This document shows positions 50,059 to 62,079 of a stretch of 64,000 bases of DNA, one piece after another. Position 1 is the first letter of the stretch; each line of letters starts with the position of its first letter. The position numbers and the translations under genes are program-made. Origin of the DNA: Gnetum montanum (Eukaryota > Plantae > Gnetophyta); contig MNCI01002656.1 in assembly GCA_015680685.1 (NCBI GenBank), positions 1 to 64,000 on the forward strand, written 5' to 3'. The notes beneath the pieces were generated by a model that was not told the origin of the DNA, did no database searches, and saw nothing but the letters and a program-made list of their open reading frames with translations.

Positions 50059-53000
50059 TTAGTTGTGTAGTTGCTTCCTAACTCGATGTGGGTTAGGAGG
50101 TACATAGGGCCTAGATGGTACAATACGATACTCACCTTGACCTTTGTCAGCTATGTTGAAGGGTGATTTTGCCCACAAAGCATCCTCTAGGAGGTCAATG
50201 GCTCCCTTTGGTTCCTCAAGTTGGTCTGCGTGACACATTTCACATTCATCCTCCATGGGAGGTGTATCATCAAGGAACTCCACCTCTAACCCTTGTTTAG
50301 TATCAATGTTGCTAACAGTTAGAGGGGCTACATTATCACCATAGATGATAACCTCTCCACCTTTGTACAGAAGGTGGATTTCTTGGTGGATTGGGGAGGA
50401 GACAACCCATAGCTAGGTGAGGCAGGGCTTACCTAGGATTAGGTTGAAACCTAGCATCTCCTCGATGACAATGAATTCTACTGTGATGGGGAAAAAATTA
50501 CCTACCATGAAGGCTATTGTAACTATCCCCCTTATGAAAACACGCAAACAGTTAAAAGATTTCAGGCATGTTGTCTTTATAGATTTGATTTGATCAGCAA
50601 GATCCAACTTGTCGACGTTTGTGTATGGGATGACATTGGTTGCTGCCCTATCATCAACATGCACCCTACGGATTCTACATTTTCCCATGCAAATTGTGAT
50701 AAACATTGGTGCAGTGATGACTTGACCCTTCTCAGGGTCTACCTTGGTTGCCTCATTACAAAATGTCAAGGGCATTGAGCTCAACTCCTATGGTGTATGG
50801 GGTAGCATCACAACATGGATGGGTTGTTCATCCATTGGGATTTCCTTCATAATAGGAATGAAGATCAACATGTGAACTAGTGCTTCATGATGGGTAGAGG
50901 AGGTCATTATTAGGTCATATAGGATTAATGTTGTGTTTTTCTATTTTAAAGCCTACTTGACTTGGGCCAATGTGTTTGGAAAATATTTTCTACTATCTGC
51001 TACCTTGTTGTTGACCTTCATCTCCTCCATGCAGCCTAAGATATGGATCTCTCATGGAGGAGATTTACGCTTTGCTTGTCTTGCTTATTTGGAGCCTTAG
51101 TGCTCCATTGTTGGTTACTTGTTGTGGCCCCATTGATTGATTGGGTCATGGGTACAGAGGACAAGGGGACTAGCTTCGATGGGCCTAGTGCCCTCTGCTC
51201 TGGGTGCTGCCTAATCATATGATCAATAAGATGCTCATTGGGCCTCCCAGGTTGCCATCTTGATTGCCTTTTTGTTTTGCTTGTAGGATGAGGTCTTGAG
51301 TGAGTAAGGTCCGATGCATTTCACACCACTAGGCTCTTGGCAAGTGGGGAGTCCACACATTGTAACATCCTTATGATAAAGGGTGATTAGGTGGTTGCTA
51401 CTGCAACATGTTATGGGATCCTAACCATAAAGGATGTTATGGGTGCCTAAGGTGGTGCTTTGATAACGAAAGGGGACCTCGAAATAGTCAAGGACGAGGA
51501 GGCCCCAACATCACCATAGGGCACATGAACCACGAATGTCTTCTATGCCAGTTTTAAGTCATTAATACTGATAGAATTGATGGTGTATCTAGCACTGTTT
51601 GCATTGAGAGGATCCTTGTAGATCCTCATTGATTGGTTTTGGGGGTAGACTAGGTTGGTTGCATCAAGGACTAGCTTGCCCCTATCAATCATGCATTTTA
51701 CATCATCCTGTAAGGCCATGCAAAAATCCATATCATAACAAGGAAATTGGTGATACTAGAAAAACTAGTTCAATCTAAAATGCTTAGGGACTAGAGGCTC
51801 ATTTGGCAATGTGGCTAAAGGATTCTTGAGGAGCTCGTAGTATCAATCATGCCTCTTGTAAGCATCCTTGAACATTTGCTTGTCTAGCGTGAAGTAGTTG
51901 ATCCAAGAGCTCAGACAGCTTGATGGGCAATAATGTGTACTTTGAGCGATCCTTGCACTCAGAGTTTAGCCTTGGGGTAGCTTGCCCCATGGCCATTAAC
52001 GATGTGGGCTAGTTGCTTGCTGTGGTGCTAGAGCTAGAAGCCTTATTGTTGTTGGCCGGGGCCTTAGGTGACTTGGCCATTGGTTTGGCATTGTTTGGCT
52101 TAGCCTTGTTGGCCACCATTGTCATAGTTGTGGTTGCCTACTTATCCTTATCCTTATCTTTCTCCTTCTTTGTGTGCAATTTTTTATAGGCCACATAGGC
52201 TAGGTCCTTGCTAGCCTCTGTTGCATCCTAAATGCTCTTGGTTTAAGCAAACACTTGGCTCAAGGATTATAGGGCAAGGTAATACAGATTTGACTTAATG
52301 AAGTCATTTATTGCACCTTTGAAAATAGCCAACAAGTGTGTTTCTATGATGGGCTCATGGATTTCATTGAGTGATGCACTCTAGCATTGAGTGAATTTTT
52401 GTGTGGGCTCTAAGTAGCCCTGCTTAACTTGCATTAACTGATCCAAAGTCACCTCAGGCTTCAAGTTATAATTGAAGCACATGATGAATTAGGTGGGCAA
52501 CTTCTGCAAAGAAGAAATGGAGGCCCTGGGAAGCACACGGTACTAATTTAGTGTCTTGCCGATCAAGGACATGGTGAACACACAAATGACTACATGAGAC
52601 CATGCCTACAGTAGAAGGCATTTGGACTGGATGGTCACCAGGTAGGCATTGGGGTCCCCTTCATTATTGTATTTGGTGAATTGGGGTAATGGGACCCTGG
52701 TGGGCAGTGCCAGTGGTGGAACTATAGAATTGATTGGGTCATCTTGGTAGAAGTCCATCATAGGGATAGTTTCAAAGGAGGCAGCCTTGAGCTGCTTGAC
52801 TTCTTTAGTGAGAGTCTAAATAAGTTGGAATGCTTGATCTAGACTTAGTGAGGTTGTAATAGGTTTCATCAATTGTGTTGTCTACTACGTTGTGTGGATG
52901 GCCCATGACCTGGCTCTAGGTTGTGTGACCATGCATGATGCTTGTTGCGTGGGCTACACCACAAACACATTGGTTGGGCCCCACCACCTACTTATGGATT

Positions 53001-53600
53001 GGGCCATTGTGAAGGGTGCTGAGTAGGATGCCTGAGTCATATGCAATATGGGAATGTGCATGGTGTGCATGTAAGGTTGCATAGGCATAATAGTTGCTAA
53101 TACGGATGATGGAATAGGTTGTGAAGGTATGACAAAGGGTAGACTAAAAGGATGTGTAACATCTTGGCGCATCTGCTATGTTTGGTGGGCTACTACCACA
53201 GGCGTGGACCTAGGCAGTGACACCTAGCTTATGACTGTCTTTAGAAAGATAGATGGCTGAGATAGTAGAGGAATGAAAGTGAAGGTTGTCCACTAGAATG
53301 AGGTGTGGAATGAGTCATCATGGTTAGATTAAGATTCAAACTCATCTTGCTCCTCCTACAAGGGCTCCTCATAGTTTGTTCTTGCCTTACGGTTAATGTT
53401 TTGGATGAGGTTATCCAGTATCCACTGGTAGGGCTCTGTGAGTGAAATGAAGTCCACAATGGAGGGGAAGTATTCCTTCTTGTTTTAGTTTATAAGCTCA
53501 GAAATATGTTTGTCCTCCATTTCTTGGCCTTCTTTGTACAAACCTGCTTGGAGCTTCGCAACAAACGAAGTTATATTGCTCGTCGTTGAGTACCATGTAC
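50059..53600 (-). pseudogene. Ogre-type gag-protease (disrupted)
   Basis: PQFTKYNNEGDP gag motif ~52680; MDFCMALQDDVKCMIDRGKL; protease RRVHVDDRAATNVIP...FNLILGKP. Confidence 0.8.
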
Positions 53601-54276
53601 TTGGGCGGTAAGTTGCACAACCTAAAGGATTGCCTTTGTTCTATGATGGGACTAAGAGGATGGTTAATTAGGATTTCTTGTTGAATGGGCTAGACAACAA
53701 TCATGCTCGAAGTGGAGGTCGAAGGCTTCTCAAGATTCATGATTTAAGGGGGAGAGGAAAAAGTTGTTGTTTGCGAAAGGTAGAAAAAAAAAGGTTAACT
53801 CTACTAATTAGAAAAAAATGACTAACTGAAAAAATGGAGAAAAAATAACTAAGTATAAAACTACTAAAAATATAGCGAAGTGTAAAAAACATAGAGGAAG
53901 TGACTAAGTGTAAACTAGCAAAAAAATGGCCAACTCTAGTACTACGCTCACTACTGTAGAGCTAACTACTTTTTATATGCTGAGAGCTAGCTACACTCTC
54001 CTAAGCACCAAGAATTTGGCTAAGTGTAAGGTATACACTCTAGTGTTATCAAGCCAAGTTCTAGGGGAACCAATAATGGGGTCTAGTCTACACGAACGAT
54101 TTGCAAACAACTCCTATGTTGGCCTAAGATTTAGCTACTACCGAGGTAGGTCTAGAGGGGTATGAAGTCTGTGCTAGCCTAGAGCTAGCAATAGTGGTGA
54201 AGAGAGCATGTAGGGAAACAACCAAGGGAGACAATAGAAGGAAATGGTGGAGGCCCTCTTTCTAGTGCTAGAAAAC

Positions 54277-55980
54277 TGTAGTGATCAAAAATGTTAGAGG
54301 TTGGAATGGTGCACCAAGAGGTTCATAGTCATACAATTTGATCCCACGTCCACATGAGGGCCTGCTAGAAATGGAGGCAGGGTGCCCAAAATGGTCTTCT
54401 TAATCAAACTAGGACTTATGGGGTGTTATGCCAAAACAAATGTTGGGGGGTTTGCACAGTGTTTGCAATGTTCACGGTGTCAACTAGGGTGAGCGTAGTT
54501 GAGGTTTTCGATGCAAAATGAGGGTGCAAACACATGAATATGTGTAGAAAAACAACAAAAAATGCAAATAACATGCTAAGATGTGAGTGAAAATGTCAAA
54601 AAATGCATAGAGAATGAGTGAGAGAGAAAGCGACACCACCCCAAATAGGAGGAGCATTGTTAACTGCAAAGAAAAGGTGAGGAGGTACACGATGTATAGA
54701 TAGGTATAGTAGGTAATGTAATGATAGTCTCAGGGTGTCTGGGCTATGAGACTAACATCTGCTATGAAGTTTGGGCCTATTAGGTTGGCTATTGTAGTGT
54801 TCTATGAGCTGCAGTGATTTGAAGTATGCTAAGCAATGTGCAATGGTGTTGTGGTAATGTGCAATGGTGTCTGCCAAAGTGCAAAGTGTGTTCGAATGCT
54901 AGAATTCCCCAAATTTAAGTTTTCTAGCCAAATGCTTTAAATGCCAACCTTGCTTTTAATTTTCCAACCTCTAAAATGTGAAACGTTGGGGGTATTTATA
55001 GGCCTAGGGTTGCTATGAATCGTGGATTAGGTGCCATGAGGCAGAGGGGTAGTTGGGACTACATTAGCCCTAACTACACTCCCACCGAAGCAAATAGTGT
55101 TCTACTGGTATGCTCTAATAGACCCTGTGAGATTACTAGACTATGACTACGTGACCAAGATTACATGTGCAAGTGTCAAACAGACCACCATGTACCTGAA
55201 AACAATGCAAAATAATGCAGTTTTGGAGACTACACTCCAAGACTATGTTGTTCACTCTCTTGAGTGATCTCAAGAATAGGTACAATTTGGGGGCAAATGG
55301 GGGATGCAAAGGAAGTGCAAAGTGTTGATCTTGCTTGTTGAAGGAATGTTGGAGTTGAGATAAAGGCTGTTGTTAAGTTCTGGAGGCTCTTGGAGGCAAT
55401 TCTGCATGACTACGTTGACTATGCTCTAGAGCATAGTCTAAGAGTTAGAAAAATTTTGCAAAAATTATGCTCCAACGCTGACTACATTGACTACACTCTA
55501 GAGCATAGTCCTAGCAGTGAGAGCATAGCCCTGACACTTAGAAAAATCTAGCAAAAATTAATGTCTTTTTGCATACTACTTTAACTACGCTATGGAGCAT
55601 AGTAGGGACCGTAGCCTCAGAAGTTAGAAAATTTTCCGAACTATCTCTTCCATGCCAACCCAGCCTGATAGCTTTTAGCTTGACACTTGGGCAAATTTGC
55701 AATACTGGCCATTTCTGTGCTAACTACACTGACTACTCTCTCAAGCATAGTCCCAACAGTGAGAGCATAATCAAGATACTTGGAAAATTTTGCAACTGCT
55801 ATCGACACTTAGAAAAATTTTGCAAATTTGGACTTGTGTTGCAGACTACACTAAATACACTCTAGAGTGTAGTCCCAGCAGTGGGGAGCATAGGCCCAAC
55901 ACTTAGAAAAAATTTTCCTAGTCCTGACACTTAGCAAATTTGTAGTTTAGACCCAGTGGGCTAAATTTGGTGGTGTTTCA
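54277..55980 (-). repeat. 5' LTR of the Ogre-type element
   Basis: Colinear with 36666-38358; PBS adjacent; TSD follows. Confidence 0.92.
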
Positions 55981-56866
55981 CACTTCTCAGCTAGTTTTTG
56001 TGATTTCTAGGACTTTGGGGAGCCAGTGTTGGGCAAGCTATAATTTGGAAGTTCAAATTTAGGTTTCAAAGAATCTAGGACTTCATAAGGAGTGTTTTGG
56101 TGCATTAGTTTTGATTTTTCTAAGTTGTAATAGATTCTCCAAATTTGATGGGTGTCTTTACCTATTTACTATTTACTTGTCTTGATTTTATGTGCATATT
56201 CAAAGTATGGATGAAGGGATGAGTAGGAAGTGTTGAGACAATTAGTTTCAGTATGCAAGGATGATTGCCACTTCTGAATTGTGAGGCCTATGGTGTTAAT
56301 GGGTTTTGTATGGAATAGAAGGTAGGGATAAATTCCTAGGATCAACAGAGACTCATTTTTGTGTCTTGGAATGCTATAGATGGATTGCATGTGTTTGGAT
56401 AAATTTTTTTGGGTTCCTTAATCATTTGTGTAGAGATTTATGCCACTATATCTCCCTAGGTTTATTGTTAAGTAGATCGCATGTTGTGCAAGTCATGGCC
56501 TTGTGACATCAAGATTGCAATTAATGTTTTGATTATCACAATTGCTGCTACATCCTTGTGATGCATGGATTTTTTCTTTGAATTTTGACTTTGATGCAAG
56601 TTGCAATCGTGACATGTCCAGGTGGCATTGGGAACTTATGGTTGACATGGATGAAGTGTAGGCTATAGTCCTTACACATTTGGGTTACAATGATGGGTAC
56701 TTGGGTGTGAGCTACACTAAGTTAACAGTTGGGTTAGGATGCTTTCTGTTTGACATATTTTATACTATTTTTATTCTTAGTATGTGTGGTGTTAGTATCG
56801 TAGCTAACTCAAGGCAACTAGCACTAAGCTAGTGCAAGGTGAATTGGGATTGTACCTAGTTTAAAA

Positions 56867-57816
56867 TGTGGGGTAGGTTCACTCCACTAATTAATTACCT
56901 TAAGGTACTAAATTCAAATATTATGCAAAGAGAAATCTTTTCACTAGAAAACAAGAAAACGAGCTATCTTTAATTAATGTATTAAAAGATTACAACTAGT
57001 TCTTAAAAACCCTATCAACAATCAAAAACTTGTCACACTCAAATGACATTATAAAGCATGTGGCTCTACAACCACACAATGGTTTTTCTCAATGCAAAAC
57101 ACAACTAATAGAGAATCTCTCCCACAACCTAGGACTTAGATCTCAAATCATTAGTAAGACATAAGAGAATAAAACACAAAGACAAGCTACAATCACCAGT
57201 TGTACTCACACAATGTGTTCACCCACTCTCTCTTGTCCAACTCTTTACATACAAGAGCTCTCACTGTACCAACAATGGTGAAATACAACAAAATTTATCA
57301 TAGATTGGAAGATAAGAAATCTAGAAACCTTTCCTTAACTTAACTTGAGGCTCTTCAAATATTTCCCAAGTCTTCTTACCTTCTCCTTGATTTTTTTCAT
57401 CATTTTCCATCACATTTTGGATGTTTTCTAAATTGATATGGGTGTTTTTGAAAGTTTCTCCATCCGTACAGGTCATCTTTGACCTTAGGAAGATGTCTCT
57501 GTATCAACCTAGCTCTCTGGCAAGACATCGATTGCTTTTGTAAGATGTCTCCTCTGAGGGCTAAGATGTCTTGCTTGAGATGTCTCATTCTCAGGTGAGA
57601 CATATTGTTTAATAAGTCTCTAGTTCTAATGATACATCTCATCTGAGATGTCAGTCTAAATAGTGAGACATTTCCTTATATCTCCAAACATCTCCTATCA
57701 CTCCTAGGCTTTAGCTAGGACATCTTCAAGCCCTCCAAGACACTTCTCTAGTGTTTAAAACTTGCAAAACATACACGTAGGGAAAAACAAAAGGGATTGG
57801 AAGAGGTGTTCCTACA
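56867..57816. mobile_element. Possible solo LTR within an older degenerate retroelement
   Basis: Composition differs from the TG-rich flanks; TG...CA ends; repeated AGATGTCT motifs at 57490-57660; TSD not convincing. Confidence 0.3.
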
Positions 57817-59105
57817 CTAAAATGTAGAGTTTAAGAGTAGTGTGAGCCATGCTTGAGTCATAGTTTAGTACAAAAATTGAAATAAATTCTTGTGTTTCAT
57901 AATAAAGAATTGGATAAGCTTGGTCAAGAAGAGGATTTTATGAAGTATGCTATGTGTTACTACACTATGCTTGATTGTGGGATACACTAGTTGTTTAATT
58001 ATGTTTTAGTGTACTGCTATATGTAACTATGATGGATGAGCTAGCTCAATCTATGGTATGATTGATACTAGTATGTATGTTATTGATATGATTAATGGTA
58101 TTTGGTTGTGCTATGAGTACGGTTTATGACACTTGGTTATGCTTTTAATATGATAACATATTATGTGATTGATACATTGATTATGCTTGATATAAGAACA
58201 TGTGATGTGATTGGGGATAGAGATGACACATATAGCATTGATTTATTATGACCATTGGCTAAATTGGTATGTAATGATATTAATGGTATTAGTGAGTTCT
58301 GATTATGTGATGGTGAAAACAAGGATGTGGACTAATTAGTGATAATGCATCCTTAGGAAGTTGAGATGATTTCTATTTGGATACATCTTTTAGGCCCTTG
58401 TTTTAGGTCTCATCTTGAGAGTGAGAAAGTATAGGTTGAGCCTATGACTAGTATGACATCTTTGAACATTTGTACATGAATGGATTTACCCTTTTGAACT
58501 TAGAGTTTCATAAGAGATAGCAGGCACTAGCATTAGTAGTGTATAAAGTAATTGGAAAACTAATAAAAGATCTACAAGCACTAATAGAGATTGAGTACTT
58601 GTGATAACGATATCATGCTCACACTAAGTGCAGATGTGTTGATTGCCATATGGACAATGTGATGATCATTGTGGATTATAGGATTTCAATCCCTTGGCAC
58701 CAATAGTTGCTTATGTGGTGTGACTATGCATGTGAATGATATTAATAAATAATAATTAAGCCCTAGTCGTGTTGTCTTTACAGAATCAAATTATGCCATT
58801 CTTTGTGTTGAGCTATGAGATATGTTTAGATGTATGCATAGATTAATAGCATGTTGGATTATGATGTTAGAGATGATTTCATGAATGATATTCTACATGT
58901 TCCCATGTTATGTGTATGTGTATGCTTTGGTATTTTCAATATGCCTGAGCCCTAGTTACACTTGCACTTATGATTATGGTATATGATGCTTGATTGTGAT
59001 ACACTATTATGGTAGGCTATATGCATGGTGATTGGATAGCCTTGTAATGATAGCATTGTAGATGCTTAGCATCGATCTTGGTACTATGGATGATCTCTTG
59101 GATGT

Positions 59106-62079
59106 TGATGAAGTCAAATTTTACTAGAAAATGACATCGTAGCAATGATGTTGTATCAACAATGTCATGACTCATGATATGTCATCATTGATATGATGTC
59201 TTGGGATATGTGTAGCCCTATAAATATGACACTTGGGATACATAATCCAACAACTTTTCATTCAATAGCTCACCTAAACTCTTGCAGTTTTGTTTCGTAG
59301 TTTTAGCAATAGTGTGAATGCTTGCAGTGTGATGCGAGATAGTCAATTTGAGTCTTTATTTGAGTAAATTGTACTTGGACATAGTTTATGCACGACAATA
59401 AAGATTGAAGCTATTTTCCATCATTGCAACATCACTTAGTTTTCTTCATGTTTACTTAGAATAATTTTCTTGTTTTCTTAGTTAACACTTTACTTTTCCA
59501 AGTATTTTACTTTACATGCTTCATTAGTAAAGGTGGAATGGGTACGACTAGTTTCAAGTGTGAAGTGTAGTTATCTAGTAACCCAGTAGTGGCATTGCTT
59601 AATTTGCTCATTAGTGATCCCACTTGGTAATCATAGTGATAACTACATGAGTCCAAGACGTGACCACTAAATCATGAATGAATACCTATCACCTTAGGAT
59701 AGAATAGATTCTTACTTCAATGTGACTTAGACTTAGGATTAAGTTTCATTTTCGATCATGTTTACAGCTAGCCATTATTTGAGCCTTACAACATCAATTA
59801 TCATATGCCTCATTGAGAGCTAAGCCATACACTTGTACCTCACTAGCTCAACGTAAGAAGATAGCAGACATGAACTTAAATTCAATTACCAGCATAATAA
59901 CATTGTCCATCTACAAATTACAATTGGGTCACACATGAACACTCATGACTTGTATGATTGAGTGTTGGATGCTCCACCCCTCATCATTGGCACTTTTGTT
60001 GGGGATGTGTCAATGTGTGTTGAGTAATTGATTTTACAAAGTTCATTATATTAAGAACTCTAACGACAACCTCTAAATCATTAAAACAATTTTAATAACA
60101 CATACATAAGTAAGCATCACACTCATAACATGGCTTCAACTAAAGATAAACTATCACATGCTAAAGAGATGAGGGTAATGACAAAATCATGATAAATACT
60201 AGAGTATGCCAATGCAAACAAGAATCTCATACACTCACAATGATCCCTACTATCCTGATTTCACTTCATCTTTCACCAAGATGGACAGTTAAAGTGGAGA
60301 GACCTACAAGGTAACATCATTCTGCCTTTAGATCATTCTACACCCACAATGCTTCAAACAGTTTTAAAGGGAATGAATCTGAGTCATGCACAAGAAGGAT
60401 ATCATGTGATCAAATACATGACAAGACCCTACCAACCCACAAAGGCACAATTGTAGAGAGATACTGCTATGGAGACCAAACATGTTCACAACAAAGGGAA
60501 GTAGATCAACTCTCCTATTATCTTGGAAGAACTTGATGGAGATGCATTTGTAGCAAAAAATTCCATCAAGATCATGAAGTCCATTCTCAAACACTTGTTA
60601 TTCATCTGGAAGAACCTATCAAAGTGCAACTACATTTAGCCTTAGCAAAGACACCCATAAGAGAAGCAATAAACTCTAAGTCTAAGTAAGACTCAAGGCT
60701 AAGATCTTTTGCTAGATCTCAAAGGGAAGAATATGAGAGTCATAGAAGAAGGACTAGTCAACACCATTCTCCTATGGTTTCATCTTCATCCTCATGATCA
60801 TTGATGGATTCTAATTTAAGGGAACACAAGTATGGAGATCATGATAGGGAGAGACACTGGACCCATGACCAACATGATTATTGCCCAATACATTTTGATG
60901 AGGAAGATGAAGAGCATGAGCTAAGAAGAAACAAGTATAGATGTGCAGAAAGAGAAAGGCATGAGTACCAAAGAGGGAACTACTACAATACAACATACGA
61001 ACCCTATGCATGTGAAGAACCAACCAACTTGTAGCATGATAAATATAGGGAAAGTTATCTACATCCCAACCAAGCATGTAAGGGATAACCATATTAAGTA
61101 GCTAGACATGAAAAACATGCCCAAATTTGAGGGTGTAGATAATGCAAATCCAAAACATCACCTTCAAGCATTCCATGATGCCTATGCCCTACAAAAAATA
61201 GAGAGTGATTGGTAGAAACTTAAGTTGTTCCCTCAAACACTCATTAAGGAGGAAAAAAGATGGTATAGACCATTGGAACTAGAATCAATTAGAAGATAGA
61301 GTATCATGCTTAAAATTTTTAATGAAAAATATCAAACCTACTCCCAAGTGTCCAATATTAGAAAATAAACCCAAGGATGAAGTTAAGGATTCCATGAATT
61401 CCTTGAAGTGGGATTGGGCAAATAGTATTCACTTCTACATAGGTGTCCATGCCATAGATTTTTCCAAAGGGAGCAGCTTAGACACATTGTTGATGGTCTA
61501 CAAAATAAAACCAGGGAAACACTTAGGGTTTATGCCCAAGGTAGATTATTTGAAATGATTTTTCATTGTATTTAGAGACTCATTAATCAAGTGGCAAAGG
61601 AAGATGGTGAATTAGAGAAGAGAGAATCAGTTGAAGAGTACAATAGAGATCCATCTATTCGGAAAAGAAATGTACAAGTGTGTCATTAGTAAGAGGAAGA
61701 AAACTTAGAGGAGGTAGTACAAAAGAAGAACTACCTATTTAGAAATCTGTTATAGATATAAAAAAAAAGGTAGAAAAGATGTGGGATTCAATAGATGAAA
61801 AGTTTGCAATAGCTCTAAAAATTATGGAGGAAAGAATTGAGTAGGTCTTCAGCAAAGGAAAGGAGAAAAAAAAAGAAAAGAGATTTCAAATGAAAAGGAA
61901 AGGGAGCTTTAGTGGCAGACTATTCAAGTACAAGCTTGAATGAGGAGGAAGGATGTTTTGTGTGCCAATATGACCATCCTAAGGGATATTGCCCTATCAT
62001 GGCACACTTATAAGAAATAAGGGCATATGCACTTAACCTCAGATTCATTAAGAAGAAAATGCTCAAATGATTACCTTAC
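59106..62079 (+). mobile_element. Athila-like element D: LTR 59106-59986, degenerate PBS 59988-60005, decayed gag interrupted by element E
   Basis: TGATGAA...CTCATCA (881 bp); CCTATAAAT ~59218; TGGCACTTTTGTTGGGGA; gag motifs (PKFEG, KLKLFPQTL, CFVCQYDHPKGYC). Confidence 0.8.

Larger units (their letters stand above)
36666..55980 (-). mobile_element. Full-length (19.3 kb) Tat-clade, Ogre/Retand-type Ty3/gypsy element, old and heavily mutated
   Basis: LTRs 36666-38358 and 54277-55980 (TG...CA, ~1.7 kb); 5-bp TSD CACTT at 36661-36665 and 55981-55985; PBS-like TAGCACTAGAAAGAGGG 54254-54270; purine-rich tract next to 38358; a second (archaeal-type) RNase H between RH and INT. Confidence 0.92.
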
